Below are positions 9,741-18,677 of a DNA stretch of 43,885 nt, piece after piece. Each line of letters opens with the position of its first letter. Position 1 is the first letter of the stretch. The notes under the pieces are model-generated. The model had not been told where the DNA came from. It saw only the letters and a list, made by a program, of their open reading frames with translations, and ran no database searches. The DNA lies in NCBI GenBank assembly GCA_040260805.1, contig JBDQPD010000015.1, forward strand, positions 1 through 43,885, given 5' to 3'. A program made the translations under genes and the position numbers. Source of the stretch: Myxococcota bacterium (GTDB lineage: Bacteria; Myxococcota; UBA4151).

Positions 9741-11534
9741 TTAGCGGCGCTTGGGATCAAATCGACAGAACTGGTTTTGACACAAGAGCAGAAGCCGAGC
9801 GCTACCCAAGGGCGCCTCTAAGCTCTCAGGGAGGCGGTCTTTTTTGTCGATCTCGATCAAAATCTTGTTGTTCACCTGACGTAGATTGAAGCGCGCAGGA
9901 GTGACCACAGGGCGGCTGATGCCGCAGGGGCGAGTCTCGCCCTTCTCATGGACGTGGCAATCACCTTTGCCGTCAATTCCTACCCAGCTGAGCTGCTCAT
10001 CGTGTACAAATCCGACGGCCACCCACCGTTCAGCCCCACCGAGTTGGGTTTGGCGCAGCGCATTGTCCCCTTCGGTTTCCCATTCGACACGCCGCTCAAT
10101 CTCAATCGCGCCAATGCCCAAGTCCTCACCAAAGGCGAGCGCAGGCTGCGTCTGAGCAACGGTGGCTGTTCCTGCTGCGCCCGGATGGTCGAGGTAGCGC
10201 TCCGAACGCCGCCAGAGGCCACCTTTAGCCTCCGGAAAGCCTTCCAACACGGTGTGCGGCGAGATGCTGCGCTGACTCGCTCCATCGAGCAGCCAGACCG
10301 CACCTGGCTCGACCTCGGGTTCACTGCTGCCAAAGATCCACGCCCCGACCAGCAGCCCCAGAATTAAGGGCACACCCACCAACGCCCAGATCGGATAGCG
10401 AGCAGAAACCGGAAACGCTTGAGGAGGCGGACGCAATACCGGAGCGATCTTGGGTGGCTCCTCAGCCTTGAGTGGTTCCTCAACCTCAAGCGCCGTGGCC
10501 TCACCCGAATCAACAACCGCCGCTGCGGGGGACTTCATCTCAGCGACACAACGATCGAAAGCCTCCAGTAAATCCGAGGCGTTCACGTAGCGATCTTCGG
10601 GTTTGGTTTGCAGGCATCGGGCGATGACCTCGTCAATACTTGAGGGCAGCTTGGAGCAAAGCTTCGAAGCGGGCGTGAAGACACCATCGGGCAGGGATCC
10701 CACCAAAAGCTCATACAAAATACGACCCAGCGAGTAGACGTCGCCGGACTCGACCACCCGCTTAGCGTCTTTGCCCTGCTCCGGGGGCATGTACGCGACC
10801 GTCCCCATCGTCATTCGAGTCCGAGTATCCCAAACGGCATCGCTCGCATCGCGCTCGACGAAATAGGCTAAGCCAAAGTCAGCGACCTTGAGGATGCCTG
10901 ACTCCCGATCGAGCATGATGTTTTCAGGCTTGAGGTCTCGATGAACGACGCCTTGTTCATGCGCTGCGGACACCCCGGCACAGATCTGGCGAAAGTAAGC
11001 CAGGGCCTTGTCGGTATTTTCACGAAGCGGCGGATCCTCGGTCTCATTCAAGCGCCGCAGATGCGGACCGTCGACAAACTCCATGGCGATGACATGGACC
11101 TCAGTTCCAACCCCTTCGCCATCATAGGAGGTGCCGGTCAGGATATCGTAAACCCGAACCACGTTACGGTGGGTGATGCGGGCTCCAGTCGCTGCTTCAC
11201 GGCGAAAGCGCTCGATGAAGCCTTTCTTGTCGGCGTGCTCTTGCGCAAGAACCTTGAGGGCGACCTTGCGACGCAGCTTGCTCTGATAAGCCTGATAGAC
11301 CTGACCCATCGCTCCTTGGCCGACCTCTTTAAGCTTCTCATAACCCTCGACTTGGACTCTGGGCTTTTGATGCTCAAAGCGATTTTTAGTCTGGGGAACG
11401 GGCGCTTCGCCGTGCTGCTGAGGTTGAATCTGAAACTCGGTACGACAGTACGGACACCGAACGCGCGAACCCAAGGAGAACTGACTCACATCGACCCGAC
11501 GCAAACAGCTCGGGCAACTGCGCGACTTGATCAT
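9741..11534 (-). CDS. Membrane Ser/Thr protein kinase with N-terminal zinc ribbon
   Basis: CPSC…CPYC; GQGAMGQVY, VALKVL, HRDLKPENI, DFGLA, GTVAYMPPEQ, DVYSLG; one TM helix (WALVGVPLILGLLVGAWIF) and an extracytoplasmic domain. Confidence 0.92.
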   Translation of the reverse strand: MIKSRSCPSCLRRVDVSQFSLGSRVRCPYCRTEFQIQPQQHGEAPVPQTKNRFEHQKPRVQVEGYEKLKEVGQGAMGQVYQAYQSKLRRKVALKVLAQEHADKKGFIERFRREAATGARITHRNVVRVYDILTGTSYDGEGVGTEVHVIAMEFVDGPHLRRLNETEDPPLRENTDKALAYFRQICAGVSAAHEQGVVHRDLKPENIMLDRESGILKVADFGLAYFVERDASDAVWDTRTRMTMGTVAYMPPEQGKDAKRVVESGDVYSLGRILYELLVGSLPDGVFTPASKLCSKLPSSIDEVIARCLQTKPEDRYVNASDLLEAFDRCVAEMKSPAAAVVDSGEATALEVEEPLKAEEPPKIAPVLRPPPQAFPVSARYPIWALVGVPLILGLLVGAWIFGSSEPEVEPGAVWLLDGASQRSISPHTVLEGFPEAKGGLWRRSERYLDHPGAAGTATVAQTQPALAFGEDLGIGAIEIERRVEWETEGDNALRQTQLGGAERWVAVGFVHDEQLSWVGIDGKGDCHVHEKGETRPCGISRPVVTPARFNLRQVNNKILIEIDKKDRLPESLEAPLGSARLLLLCQNQFCRFDPKRR

Positions 11535-14500
11535 CCGTTCTCCACTTCGTTGAGTAAGACGCGCAAGCGCCTTGCTGCCGTCCCGTACCCTCGATCGACT
11601 GCGGTTTCTAGTGCGTCTAGCCAGACCGTGCGAGCGGCAGCCTCGTCATCAGCCTCCGATAAGGCCTGGCCATAAAACTCGCGCACGATCAGAGCTTCGT
11701 CCGTCGCTTTCACGCGATCCATCTCGGCGAGCAAGGGACCAAAGGCGTCGAGATCACCGATCAGCCTAGCGACTAGAGCTTCGCAGAGCATTTGCTCGCG
11801 CCACAAGAAACTCCGTTTGGCGAGTTCGACGCCCACCTCAGCGTCGGCGAGCGCCTCATCTCGGCGACCCAATTCCATGAGACATCGGCCGCGATGGAAT
11901 CGAACCTCCGGCTCGGCGAAGGCGTTCCCACTCTCGGCGACCAGCTGCAGCATGCGCTGCAGCCGAGACGCCAGCGCCGGGGTCGCACCACGCTCCAGCG
12001 CAATCCACTCTAAGTTCGCTCGGGCGATGACTTCGGCTCGAGACACGTTTAGGCGCTGGGCCATATCCTGAGCTTCTAATGCGGCCTGCTCGGCACCTTC
12101 GAGATCCCCTGCCCGGACTCGTGCGCTGGTGACGTTCACCAAAGCGACCATCAAGTTGAGATCATCACCGACCTCACGGGCCGCTTGAATTGCGTCACTA
12201 AAGAACTGTTGAGCCCCACGAATATTACCGACCCGCTCTTCGCTCAATGCCACCAGCTGAAGCGCTTTGGCGCGACCGCGCTCAACCTCCATCTCATCCA
12301 TCCGTCGCACGGTATCATGAGCGGTCTCACGCGCCAGCGCAGGGTCACCAAAACGCTGAAGAATATGAGCGCGCCCTTGTTGCACCCTCGCCGCCAGCGG
12401 CGCGCCGATACGCTCTAAGCGCCGACCCAACAGTTCCGAACGCTTGAGGGCTTCTTCGCCCTCTCCACGATCTCCCAAGATGTCCATATAACGCATCTGA
12501 AGTTCGCTATCTTGCTCGAGCGTCAACCCATCACGCTTCAGGGCATCCACGACCACCCGCTCAGCGTCATCTGACCTGCCTAAGTTACGCAGAACAACGG
12601 TATAACCAGAGGCCGCTTCCACCGGATAAGGCTCACCGCTTCTTTTGTAGACCTCGATCCAGCCCTCATAGGCTGAGAGCGCTGCGTTTGCGTCCCCGAG
12701 TTCGCTAAATCGAAGCGCCTGGTCCGGGAGGAACTCGAGCGTGAGATCATCTTGGTGACCGCGCACCGAATGGAACAACAACTCGTCAACGTCGAGTTTA
12801 TCAGCGAGGGCTGCTGCCACCGCCAGATGACGGTGCCCTGCCTGGTACTGATCAACGCTTAAGCGCATCCGAGCGAATCGAGCCAGCTCACCGTAGGCGA
12901 CGTGATAAAATCCGCGCTGCCGGTTGTCTTCGATAAAGAGACTGTGACGGACGAGGTGGTCGAGCGCATCGAGCTGCTCGCCCTCAGGGAAGACGTAGCC
13001 CACCGCTTCGAGCAATGGCCCTAGATGCGACAACCTAAAGCCGCTGCGATAAATCGCCGCGACCCCCAGAATCTGACCCGCTTCCACCGACAAACTGTCG
13101 AACAGCTGCTCGACCAAGGCATCCAAGGGGCCGCCGGTGGTCTCGGCAGCAAAGAGCGCATCGACGTCAACATCTGAGCGCAGCTCCCAGGGGGCGAGCC
13201 CCCGCCTCTCGATCGCATTGCGTTCGGCGAGCGTACGCAACGCCTCGATGCACACCATCGGCACACCTTGGCTGCAGCGACGCAGGAAATCGAGCAGTTC
13301 GTTACCTGGAGCGCTACCCAAACACGAAGCGACCAAACTGCGTAGGTCGTCGTTAGCGAGCGGGCTAAGGGTTACACGCTGGATGGACTGCTGCTCGACG
13401 AGCAGCTCGGATCGATCGCCTTCACGCCATGCGCCCACCACCGACAGACTCCCAGCGCTGAGTTCATCCGATTCACCAGCAGAGGCCCGGGCGAGCTGAT
13501 CACAGAGGTGATTCAATGCATCGAGGGAGAGCAGATCTGATTTTTCGAGATGATCACAAATCAACATCAGCGGCTCTTGCCGACTTAACCGATAAATCAC
13601 CCGCCACAGGACCTGCTTTGCCCGCCGCCGCTCCTCGCTGGGTGCCAAGGCTTGAGCTTGCGTGATCTCGAGGGCGTCGAGCTCCGTCAGCCTCGGCGCA
13701 ATGCGCGCCAGCACCGAGGCGTCGTCACGCAGCAACCGCCGCCCAAGTAAGGGCTGGTCTCGAGCGATCTCCAAGATCAGCTCCAGCAACGGGTTGAAGT
13801 AGCTGTAAGGCGCCTCGAGCGGCTCGGGCGCGCTCAACCGAATAATCCGAAACCCTTGACCTCGTGCCCGGTCCCACAGCTCTTCAAGCAGACGCGTCTT
13901 GCCTACCCCAGCCGGTCCAACCAGAAGGTTCGCAGGGCGAAACTGGCGCTGACTGACCTGATCGATCTGTGAGGCGAGACTCTTGAGTTCGCCCTTACGA
14001 CCGACGAGGTCCGGCTTGAACAAGGTGATCGAGCGCTTAGACTCATCCTCCTCGCCGAAGCGGTTGAGGACGTCGCGCGCTGAGGGAGGACGCTCACCGC
14101 GCGGCTTTCGCAGCAGCCGCATGGCGAGCGAAACCAACTCGGCTGGCGCCCCCGGATTGAGTACCGCGAGATCAGGCGGGGGCTGAAAGACGTGCTGGTA
14201 AATTGCCGCTGCGGGCGAATCCGCCTCAAAGGGGCGTCGTCCCGAGAGTAGCTCAAACAGCATCACCCCAAGCGCATAAAGATCGCTGCGTAGATCCACG
14301 TCGACTGCCCGGAGCTGCTCTGGGCTCATGTAGGCGAAGGTGCCGACCAACTGGCCGGTATCGACCACCACATGATCCTCGTCGCTGTCGACAGCGATTC
14401 CGAAATCCATCAGCAACACTTTGCCCGCTTGCGTCACCATGACGTTCGCCGGCTTGAGGTCACGGTGAATGATGCGCTGATCGTGAATATGGGTCAGCGC

Positions 14501-15001
14501 GCGCAGAATTTGAATGACGACGTCTTGGACACGCTTGAGCCGCTCAGGCGCGTTGATCAGAGCCTGGTCGCCATCGCTCAGGGGGTCGACCTTCTCAGGC
14601 TCAGCGTCCTCACCCCAGACCCCGATGTCGTCAGGCCGATCTTGGATTAAGCTCCATTCTTGAACCTCGGCAGGGACCTCCTGGGTGGCCACATCCGCGC
14701 CACCGGCGGCTGCCCCGACGAACACGTCCAAAGGAACGCCCTCGATCAGCTGCATCGTGAAGTAAGGGCGGCCCTTGTATTCGCCCGTCTCATACACCTG
14801 AACGACGTTATCGTGAGCTATGCGCTGAAGCGCTCGGAACTCGCGATCAAAGCGTGACTTGCTCTCTTCATCAACGATGTTCATCAACTTGAGCGCGCAG
14901 CGTGCTTCATCGTTTCTGCTGACCTCAAACACCACACCCATTCCACCGGAGCCTAAGCGGCGGTGAACCGTCCATTCTCCGATGGATCGAGGGGTCTGCA
15001 T
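11531..15001 (-). CDS. Ser/Thr kinase fused to a STAND/AAA_16-type NTPase and TPR repeats
   Basis: GSGGMGVVF, HRDLKPANV, DFGIA, GTFAYMSPEQ; Walker A GPAGVGKT; 'GVPMVCIEAL' (GxP motif); helical TPR-like C-terminus. Confidence 0.9.
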   Translation of the reverse strand: MQTPRSIGEWTVHRRLGSGGMGVVFEVSRNDEARCALKLMNIVDEESKSRFDREFRALQRIAHDNVVQVYETGEYKGRPYFTMQLIEGVPLDVFVGAAAGGADVATQEVPAEVQEWSLIQDRPDDIGVWGEDAEPEKVDPLSDGDQALINAPERLKRVQDVVIQILRALTHIHDQRIIHRDLKPANVMVTQAGKVLLMDFGIAVDSDEDHVVVDTGQLVGTFAYMSPEQLRAVDVDLRSDLYALGVMLFELLSGRRPFEADSPAAAIYQHVFQPPPDLAVLNPGAPAELVSLAMRLLRKPRGERPPSARDVLNRFGEEDESKRSITLFKPDLVGRKGELKSLASQIDQVSQRQFRPANLLVGPAGVGKTRLLEELWDRARGQGFRIIRLSAPEPLEAPYSYFNPLLELILEIARDQPLLGRRLLRDDASVLARIAPRLTELDALEITQAQALAPSEERRRAKQVLWRVIYRLSRQEPLMLICDHLEKSDLLSLDALNHLCDQLARASAGESDELSAGSLSVVGAWREGDRSELLVEQQSIQRVTLSPLANDDLRSLVASCLGSAPGNELLDFLRRCSQGVPMVCIEALRTLAERNAIERRGLAPWELRSDVDVDALFAAETTGGPLDALVEQLFDSLSVEAGQILGVAAIYRSGFRLSHLGPLLEAVGYVFPEGEQLDALDHLVRHSLFIEDNRQRGFYHVAYGELARFARMRLSVDQYQAGHRHLAVAAALADKLDVDELLFHSVRGHQDDLTLEFLPDQALRFSELGDANAALSAYEGWIEVYKRSGEPYPVEAASGYTVVLRNLGRSDDAERVVVDALKRDGLTLEQDSELQMRYMDILGDRGEGEEALKRSELLGRRLERIGAPLAARVQQGRAHILQRFGDPALARETAHDTVRRMDEMEVERGRAKALQLVALSEERVGNIRGAQQFFSDAIQAAREVGDDLNLMVALVNVTSARVRAGDLEGAEQAALEAQDMAQRLNVSRAEVIARANLEWIALERGATPALASRLQRMLQLVAESGNAFAEPEVRFHRGRCLMELGRRDEALADAEVGVELAKRSFLWREQMLCEALVARLIGDLDAFGPLLAEMDRVKATDEALIVREFYGQALSEADDEAAARTVWLDALETAVDRGYGTAARRLRVLLNEVENG

Positions 15002-15097
15002 AAAAAGGTCCTTGGGCTACCCTACGGGTAAAGGGCTTTACGGAGCCCCGGTCAACCCTGCGAATGGGCTTAGCTTGTGGATCGCGTGCCTTATCGC

Positions 15098-15126
15098 TTG
15101 AAAGCTGGCGTCTGCGGCTCTAAGGC
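15098..15126 (+). promoter_or_regulatory. Possible sigma70 promoter
   Basis: TTGAAA-N17-TAAGGC, ending about 28 nt upstream of the GTG at 15155. Confidence 0.35.
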
Positions 15127-15154
15127 TCCGCCTCGAATCGGAGCGAAAACCGGC

Positions 15155-15934
15155 GTGTACAACTTCCTTATCGCATTGGGTGCATCGACCGTCATCGGCG
15201 TCATTGCCGGGATCGGGCTGGGCGGATGGAGTTACGGTGTGATCCCGGCTCTGCTCGTTTTACTTGGCGGCTACTTCTTTCTGCTTCGGCGCTCGATCAA
15301 ACAGGTCGAAGCCATCAGTGGCCGCGTCGGGCAGATCATGACCGTCGCTGAGCGGCAGAGTCGAAGTCAGGCTCGTAACCCTCGCGCTGCCAAACAGATC
15401 ATCAGCCGATCGATCGATCGATCGATCACTGAGCTGCGCAAAGGCTACCTGATCGGGCAGTGGCAGTGGGGTATTCGCTCACAACTCGATGCTCAAATCG
15501 GCAACCTGTTGTTTATGGCGGAGCGCTTTACCGAAGCAAAACCCTACCTAAAGACCGGCTTCGCCCGTCAGTGGACGACCCGCGCGATGCTGGGAGCTTT
15601 GTTGTTCAAAGAGGGCAACTTCCCCGGCATGCGCGAAGCCTTTGACGAGTGCATTCGCTACAATAAGAAGAAGAACGGTCTGCTCTACGCAGCGTACGCT
15701 TGGTGCTTACTCAACGCCAAAGACGGTCGTAAGGCAGAGGATCGGCGCTCCGAAGCGCTCGAAGTACTCACTCGGGGCAATACCGCAATGGACAGCAAAG
15801 ACGACCAACTGGTTCGTAATCTCGATGCGGTCCGTAACGGAAAAAAGATGAACATGACCGGCTATGGTCAGCAGTGGTATATGTTCCGGCTCGAAGCGAT
15901 GCGAACGCCCAAGCAGCAGGTCCGAGGACGCTAG
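15155..15934 (+). CDS. Membrane-anchored TPR-like hypothetical protein
   Basis: GTG at 15155 follows GGAG and gives MYNFLIALG…, two TM helices, then helical repeats. The 15077 start looks too far upstream. Confidence 0.7.
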   Translation: MYNFLIALGASTVIGVIAGIGLGGWSYGVIPALLVLLGGYFFLLRRSIKQVEAISGRVGQIMTVAERQSRSQARNPRAAKQIISRSIDRSITELRKGYLIGQWQWGIRSQLDAQIGNLLFMAERFTEAKPYLKTGFARQWTTRAMLGALLFKEGNFPGMREAFDECIRYNKKKNGLLYAAYAWCLLNAKDGRKAEDRRSEALEVLTRGNTAMDSKDDQLVRNLDAVRNGKKMNMTGYGQQWYMFRLEAMRTPKQQVRGR

Positions 15935-16641
15935 ACTTTAGGTTTCAAGGCGGCGGCAACCTTGGCTGACTTGAGCACGCCAAGCTGCAGGCGCAAGGCT
16001 CTGCCCAGCAAAATCCCAAGCTCGTGATCGCTGCTTCCGCCGGTGGGAACAACCGTCTCGCTTAAACGTCGTAAGCGATCGAGCAGTGCTCGCGGATAAT
16101 GCCGCCCCCTCGACGTGCAACTGCGGCAGTTGAGTCCCTGTCCTTTGGGGTCCAAAGCCGCTCCATCGATCAACTGCGCGCCGCAGCGGCTGCAGTGATC
16201 TGGATCAGGCTCGACGCCGAGATGTCGAAGCGTTTGCAGCTCCATCCAGCGGCTGGTCTGCCCATCCATCAGCGCATTGAGCGACAGCTCAAGCGCTCGA
16301 GCGAGCGACGGAGCGACCACACCATCTCGCGTCGAAGCGCTGACCAACTCGAGCAGATAGGCAGCACGCGCCAGACCTACTGGGTCGCTCATCGAGACGC
16401 TCCGGTCGGTCACTAAATCAACCTGCGTAAGCGTCTGTAAATCACCGCGCTTTCGCCCACTAAACCGCAGATCGACGGTGTTGCCTGGAACCAAGAGTGA
16501 GTGCCAGCTTTTAGCCTTACTTCGCGGGCGCCGTGCGTAAACGCTTAGCCGCCCTAGTTCTGCGCTGAGTACCGGCAGAATTAAATCATGATCACCGTAA
16601 GGCACCCGACCGAGCACGATCGCTCGAATCGCCTCATCCAC
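15931..16641 (-). CDS. recO: DNA repair protein RecO
   Basis: 'AIVLGRVPYGDHDLIL…SAELGRL' RecO N-terminus and a CSRC…CRSC Zn finger. Start reassigned to GTG 16641, directly after the upstream stop at 16643. Confidence 0.85.
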   Translation of the reverse strand: MDEAIRAIVLGRVPYGDHDLILPVLSAELGRLSVYARRPRSKAKSWHSLLVPGNTVDLRFSGRKRGDLQTLTQVDLVTDRSVSMSDPVGLARAAYLLELVSASTRDGVVAPSLARALELSLNALMDGQTSRWMELQTLRHLGVEPDPDHCSRCGAQLIDGAALDPKGQGLNCRSCTSRGRHYPRALLDRLRRLSETVVPTGGSSDHELGILLGRALRLQLGVLKSAKVAAALKPKV

Positions 16642-16642
16642 G

Positions 16643-17455
16643 TTATTTCCGACCGCCAAAACCTGCAGAGGGTTTGGGACGCTTTGCAGGCGGGCAACGA
16701 GGCCCTGTATCGCCAACCGTTCGCGGCACGCGCCTCGAGCATTCTTTAGCAAGTTTGAAGGCGCATTCAGCGTCTTCGCGTTGCTCACATCGGGCGACCG
16801 CACGTCGGTACGCGCCGCGCAGCGCCGAGGGATCAATTCGCTTAGCGATCTCTTCGGGGCGGACGCAGCGCTTCATAAAGGGCGGATCGTAAGCAGCCAT
16901 CATGTTGGAGTCGCCGGCTTCCATCCCCACCTTCAATAACGAGATGTAGGCACCGCATAAATTGGGGACACGCCGGACCAAATTCTTGAGCCGTCGGACC
17001 CCCGCATCGACCTTACCTTGCAGGATCAGTGTCTGCGCCAAGTTTTGTTCGGCGAACTGCGGTGTAGGGTACAAGATATTGCTCAGAGCCTCTTCGAACT
17101 CTTTGATCGCTTCGTCGTATCGCCCCTGATCATTGAGGGCTAAACCCAGTAAATTATGGGCTCCACTGTAGGGTTCTTGGGAGACAGAGATCGCTTTTCG
17201 AAGCGCCTTTTCAGCCTCGGCTGGCTTCTTGAATCCATACAAATACACGTACGCTAGATGGTAATGGCTGCGGGCATTTTGAGGATCTAAATCCACGGCT
17301 TTGCGCAGTTCAACCAGGGCTTGTCGATACTGTTGTTTGCCGATCAGCGCAGCGCCGAGATCTTGCTTGATCTCCGCCATACGTTTGCGCTTAGCGTGAC
17401 CGCCGCAAGCGGCCAGCGAGAGCGCTAAAGTCAGCGCCATCAAGCGCGTCGTCAC
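16643..17455 (-). CDS. Tgl/PilF-like TPR lipoprotein (type IV pilus pilotin family)
   Basis: Lipobox LAAC; TPRs 'ALVELRKAVDLDPQNA' and 'AHNLLG'; 'ALSNILYPTPQFAEQNL' matches the PilF/PilW/Tgl pattern. Confidence 0.75.
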   Translation of the reverse strand: MTTRLMALTLALSLAACGGHAKRKRMAEIKQDLGAALIGKQQYRQALVELRKAVDLDPQNARSHYHLAYVYLYGFKKPAEAEKALRKAISVSQEPYSGAHNLLGLALNDQGRYDEAIKEFEEALSNILYPTPQFAEQNLAQTLILQGKVDAGVRRLKNLVRRVPNLCGAYISLLKVGMEAGDSNMMAAYDPPFMKRCVRPEEIAKRIDPSALRGAYRRAVARCEQREDAECAFKLAKECSRRVPRTVGDTGPRCPPAKRPKPSAGFGGRK

Positions 17456-18000
17456 TTGGTGATCTCAAGTGAAAAGATCTTCATCCCGTTGCGCGGTAGA
17501 TCAATCTTCTCGGAGACGAGTGAGTCCGTCAGCTCAATGCGGCTGTCGCGAATGCCGCCCAAGCCAATCACCACTTCCATCGCACCTTCACCGGCTTTAC
17601 GGCTGAGTTTGACCTCAACCTTATTGAGTCCGGGCTTAAGGTGCTCCAGCAGATCATGCACCGACTGCATCGGGTCCATCTCATCGGCGACTTGCTTACC
17701 GTTGACCGTGACCTCGACGGCGATCTGGGTCTTGCCGTGCGCCTGGCTCTGAAAGATCACCATGGCACCCTCACCCGGCGCAAGCCGAGCAGGTTTCAGC
17801 CGAACCGTCTCTGCGGCTGGAGCGACTTCATAGTCGGGCGCATCAATATAAACCCGACCCTGATCGTCAATGCGAACCGTGGCGTTGCTGAACTGCTGCC
17901 CACGAACCCCATCGATGGGAACACCGTTGAGAAAAATGCGTCCCTGCGGCGCAGCCATGACCAGCCCGCCGACCATCAGACCAAGGAGTGTCAGATTCAC
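17452..18000 (-). CDS. Hypothetical secreted protein
   Basis: Signal peptide, beta-rich; overlaps both neighbours by 4 nt. Confidence 0.7.
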   Translation of the reverse strand: MNLTLLGLMVGGLVMAAPQGRIFLNGVPIDGVRGQQFSNATVRIDDQGRVYIDAPDYEVAPAAETVRLKPARLAPGEGAMVIFQSQAHGKTQIAVEVTVNGKQVADEMDPMQSVHDLLEHLKPGLNKVEVKLSRKAGEGAMEVVIGLGGIRDSRIELTDSLVSEKIDLPRNGMKIFSLEITK

Positions 18001-18668
18001 GACTGAATCTCCGCGCTCAAAAGAGCTTTTGTTCGACGCCTCGTGTGTAACAAGGATCGCGCCGTCAAAGCCAGCAACAACACGAAGGCAATCAGCGCGA
18101 TCCTAAAGGCGACCGCGCCGCCCTTGGTGGCCCACCAAATTGAACTCCTCAACTCCGACAAACCGAACGTCTGAGGCGCCTGCGCTTCGAGCAATGAAAG
18201 GGCGGCTTCTGCATCCTGGAGACGTTTGTTCTTTAGAGCTTCTTGTCCACCCCGCAGCAGCTCGACCGGTAACCCCTTAGGCCAGTGATCCCTAGGAACC
18301 CCTGACGCGCTGGTCAAAGCTGGCCCGAGCCTGCCTTTACGCGCCGAGGTCAGCGCCTCCCAGCCGTCGATCAGCTGTCGAAGCTCCAAACACTTAGAAT
18401 CATCGATATCGAGCTCTAGGCAGGACTGAAGTTGGCGGTGTGCTTGTTTCAGTTTGCCCGCGCCGAGCGCCTCTTTACCGCAGCGCACGCGCAGCTTGGA
18501 CGCGGTCTCGAGCCAGTCGGCTTGGATCAGCGGAATTTGGTTCTGATCGAGTTGCGCGCAGGCGGTTTGATAATCACTCTTTGCCCAGGAGCTTAAAAAC
18601 TCCGGCTGAGCAGCGAGCACGGTAGGCTCGCTGACCACTGAGAAAAGAATTAAAGACCCAACCCACAT
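17997..18668 (-). CDS. Hypothetical protein, helical, with C-terminal TM segment
   Basis: Fills the gap between recJ and the next gene; hydrophobic C-terminal helix followed by a basic tail. Confidence 0.6.
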   Translation of the reverse strand: MWVGSLILFSVVSEPTVLAAQPEFLSSWAKSDYQTACAQLDQNQIPLIQADWLETASKLRVRCGKEALGAGKLKQAHRQLQSCLELDIDDSKCLELRQLIDGWEALTSARKGRLGPALTSASGVPRDHWPKGLPVELLRGGQEALKNKRLQDAEAALSLLEAQAPQTFGLSELRSSIWWATKGGAVAFRIALIAFVLLLALTARSLLHTRRRTKALLSAEIQS

Positions 18669-18677
18669 AACGATTCA

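Noticed and set aside
16642..16836. N-terminal extension of RecO in the ORF track
   Set aside because: It overlaps the upstream TPR gene; RecO similarity starts at GTG 16641.
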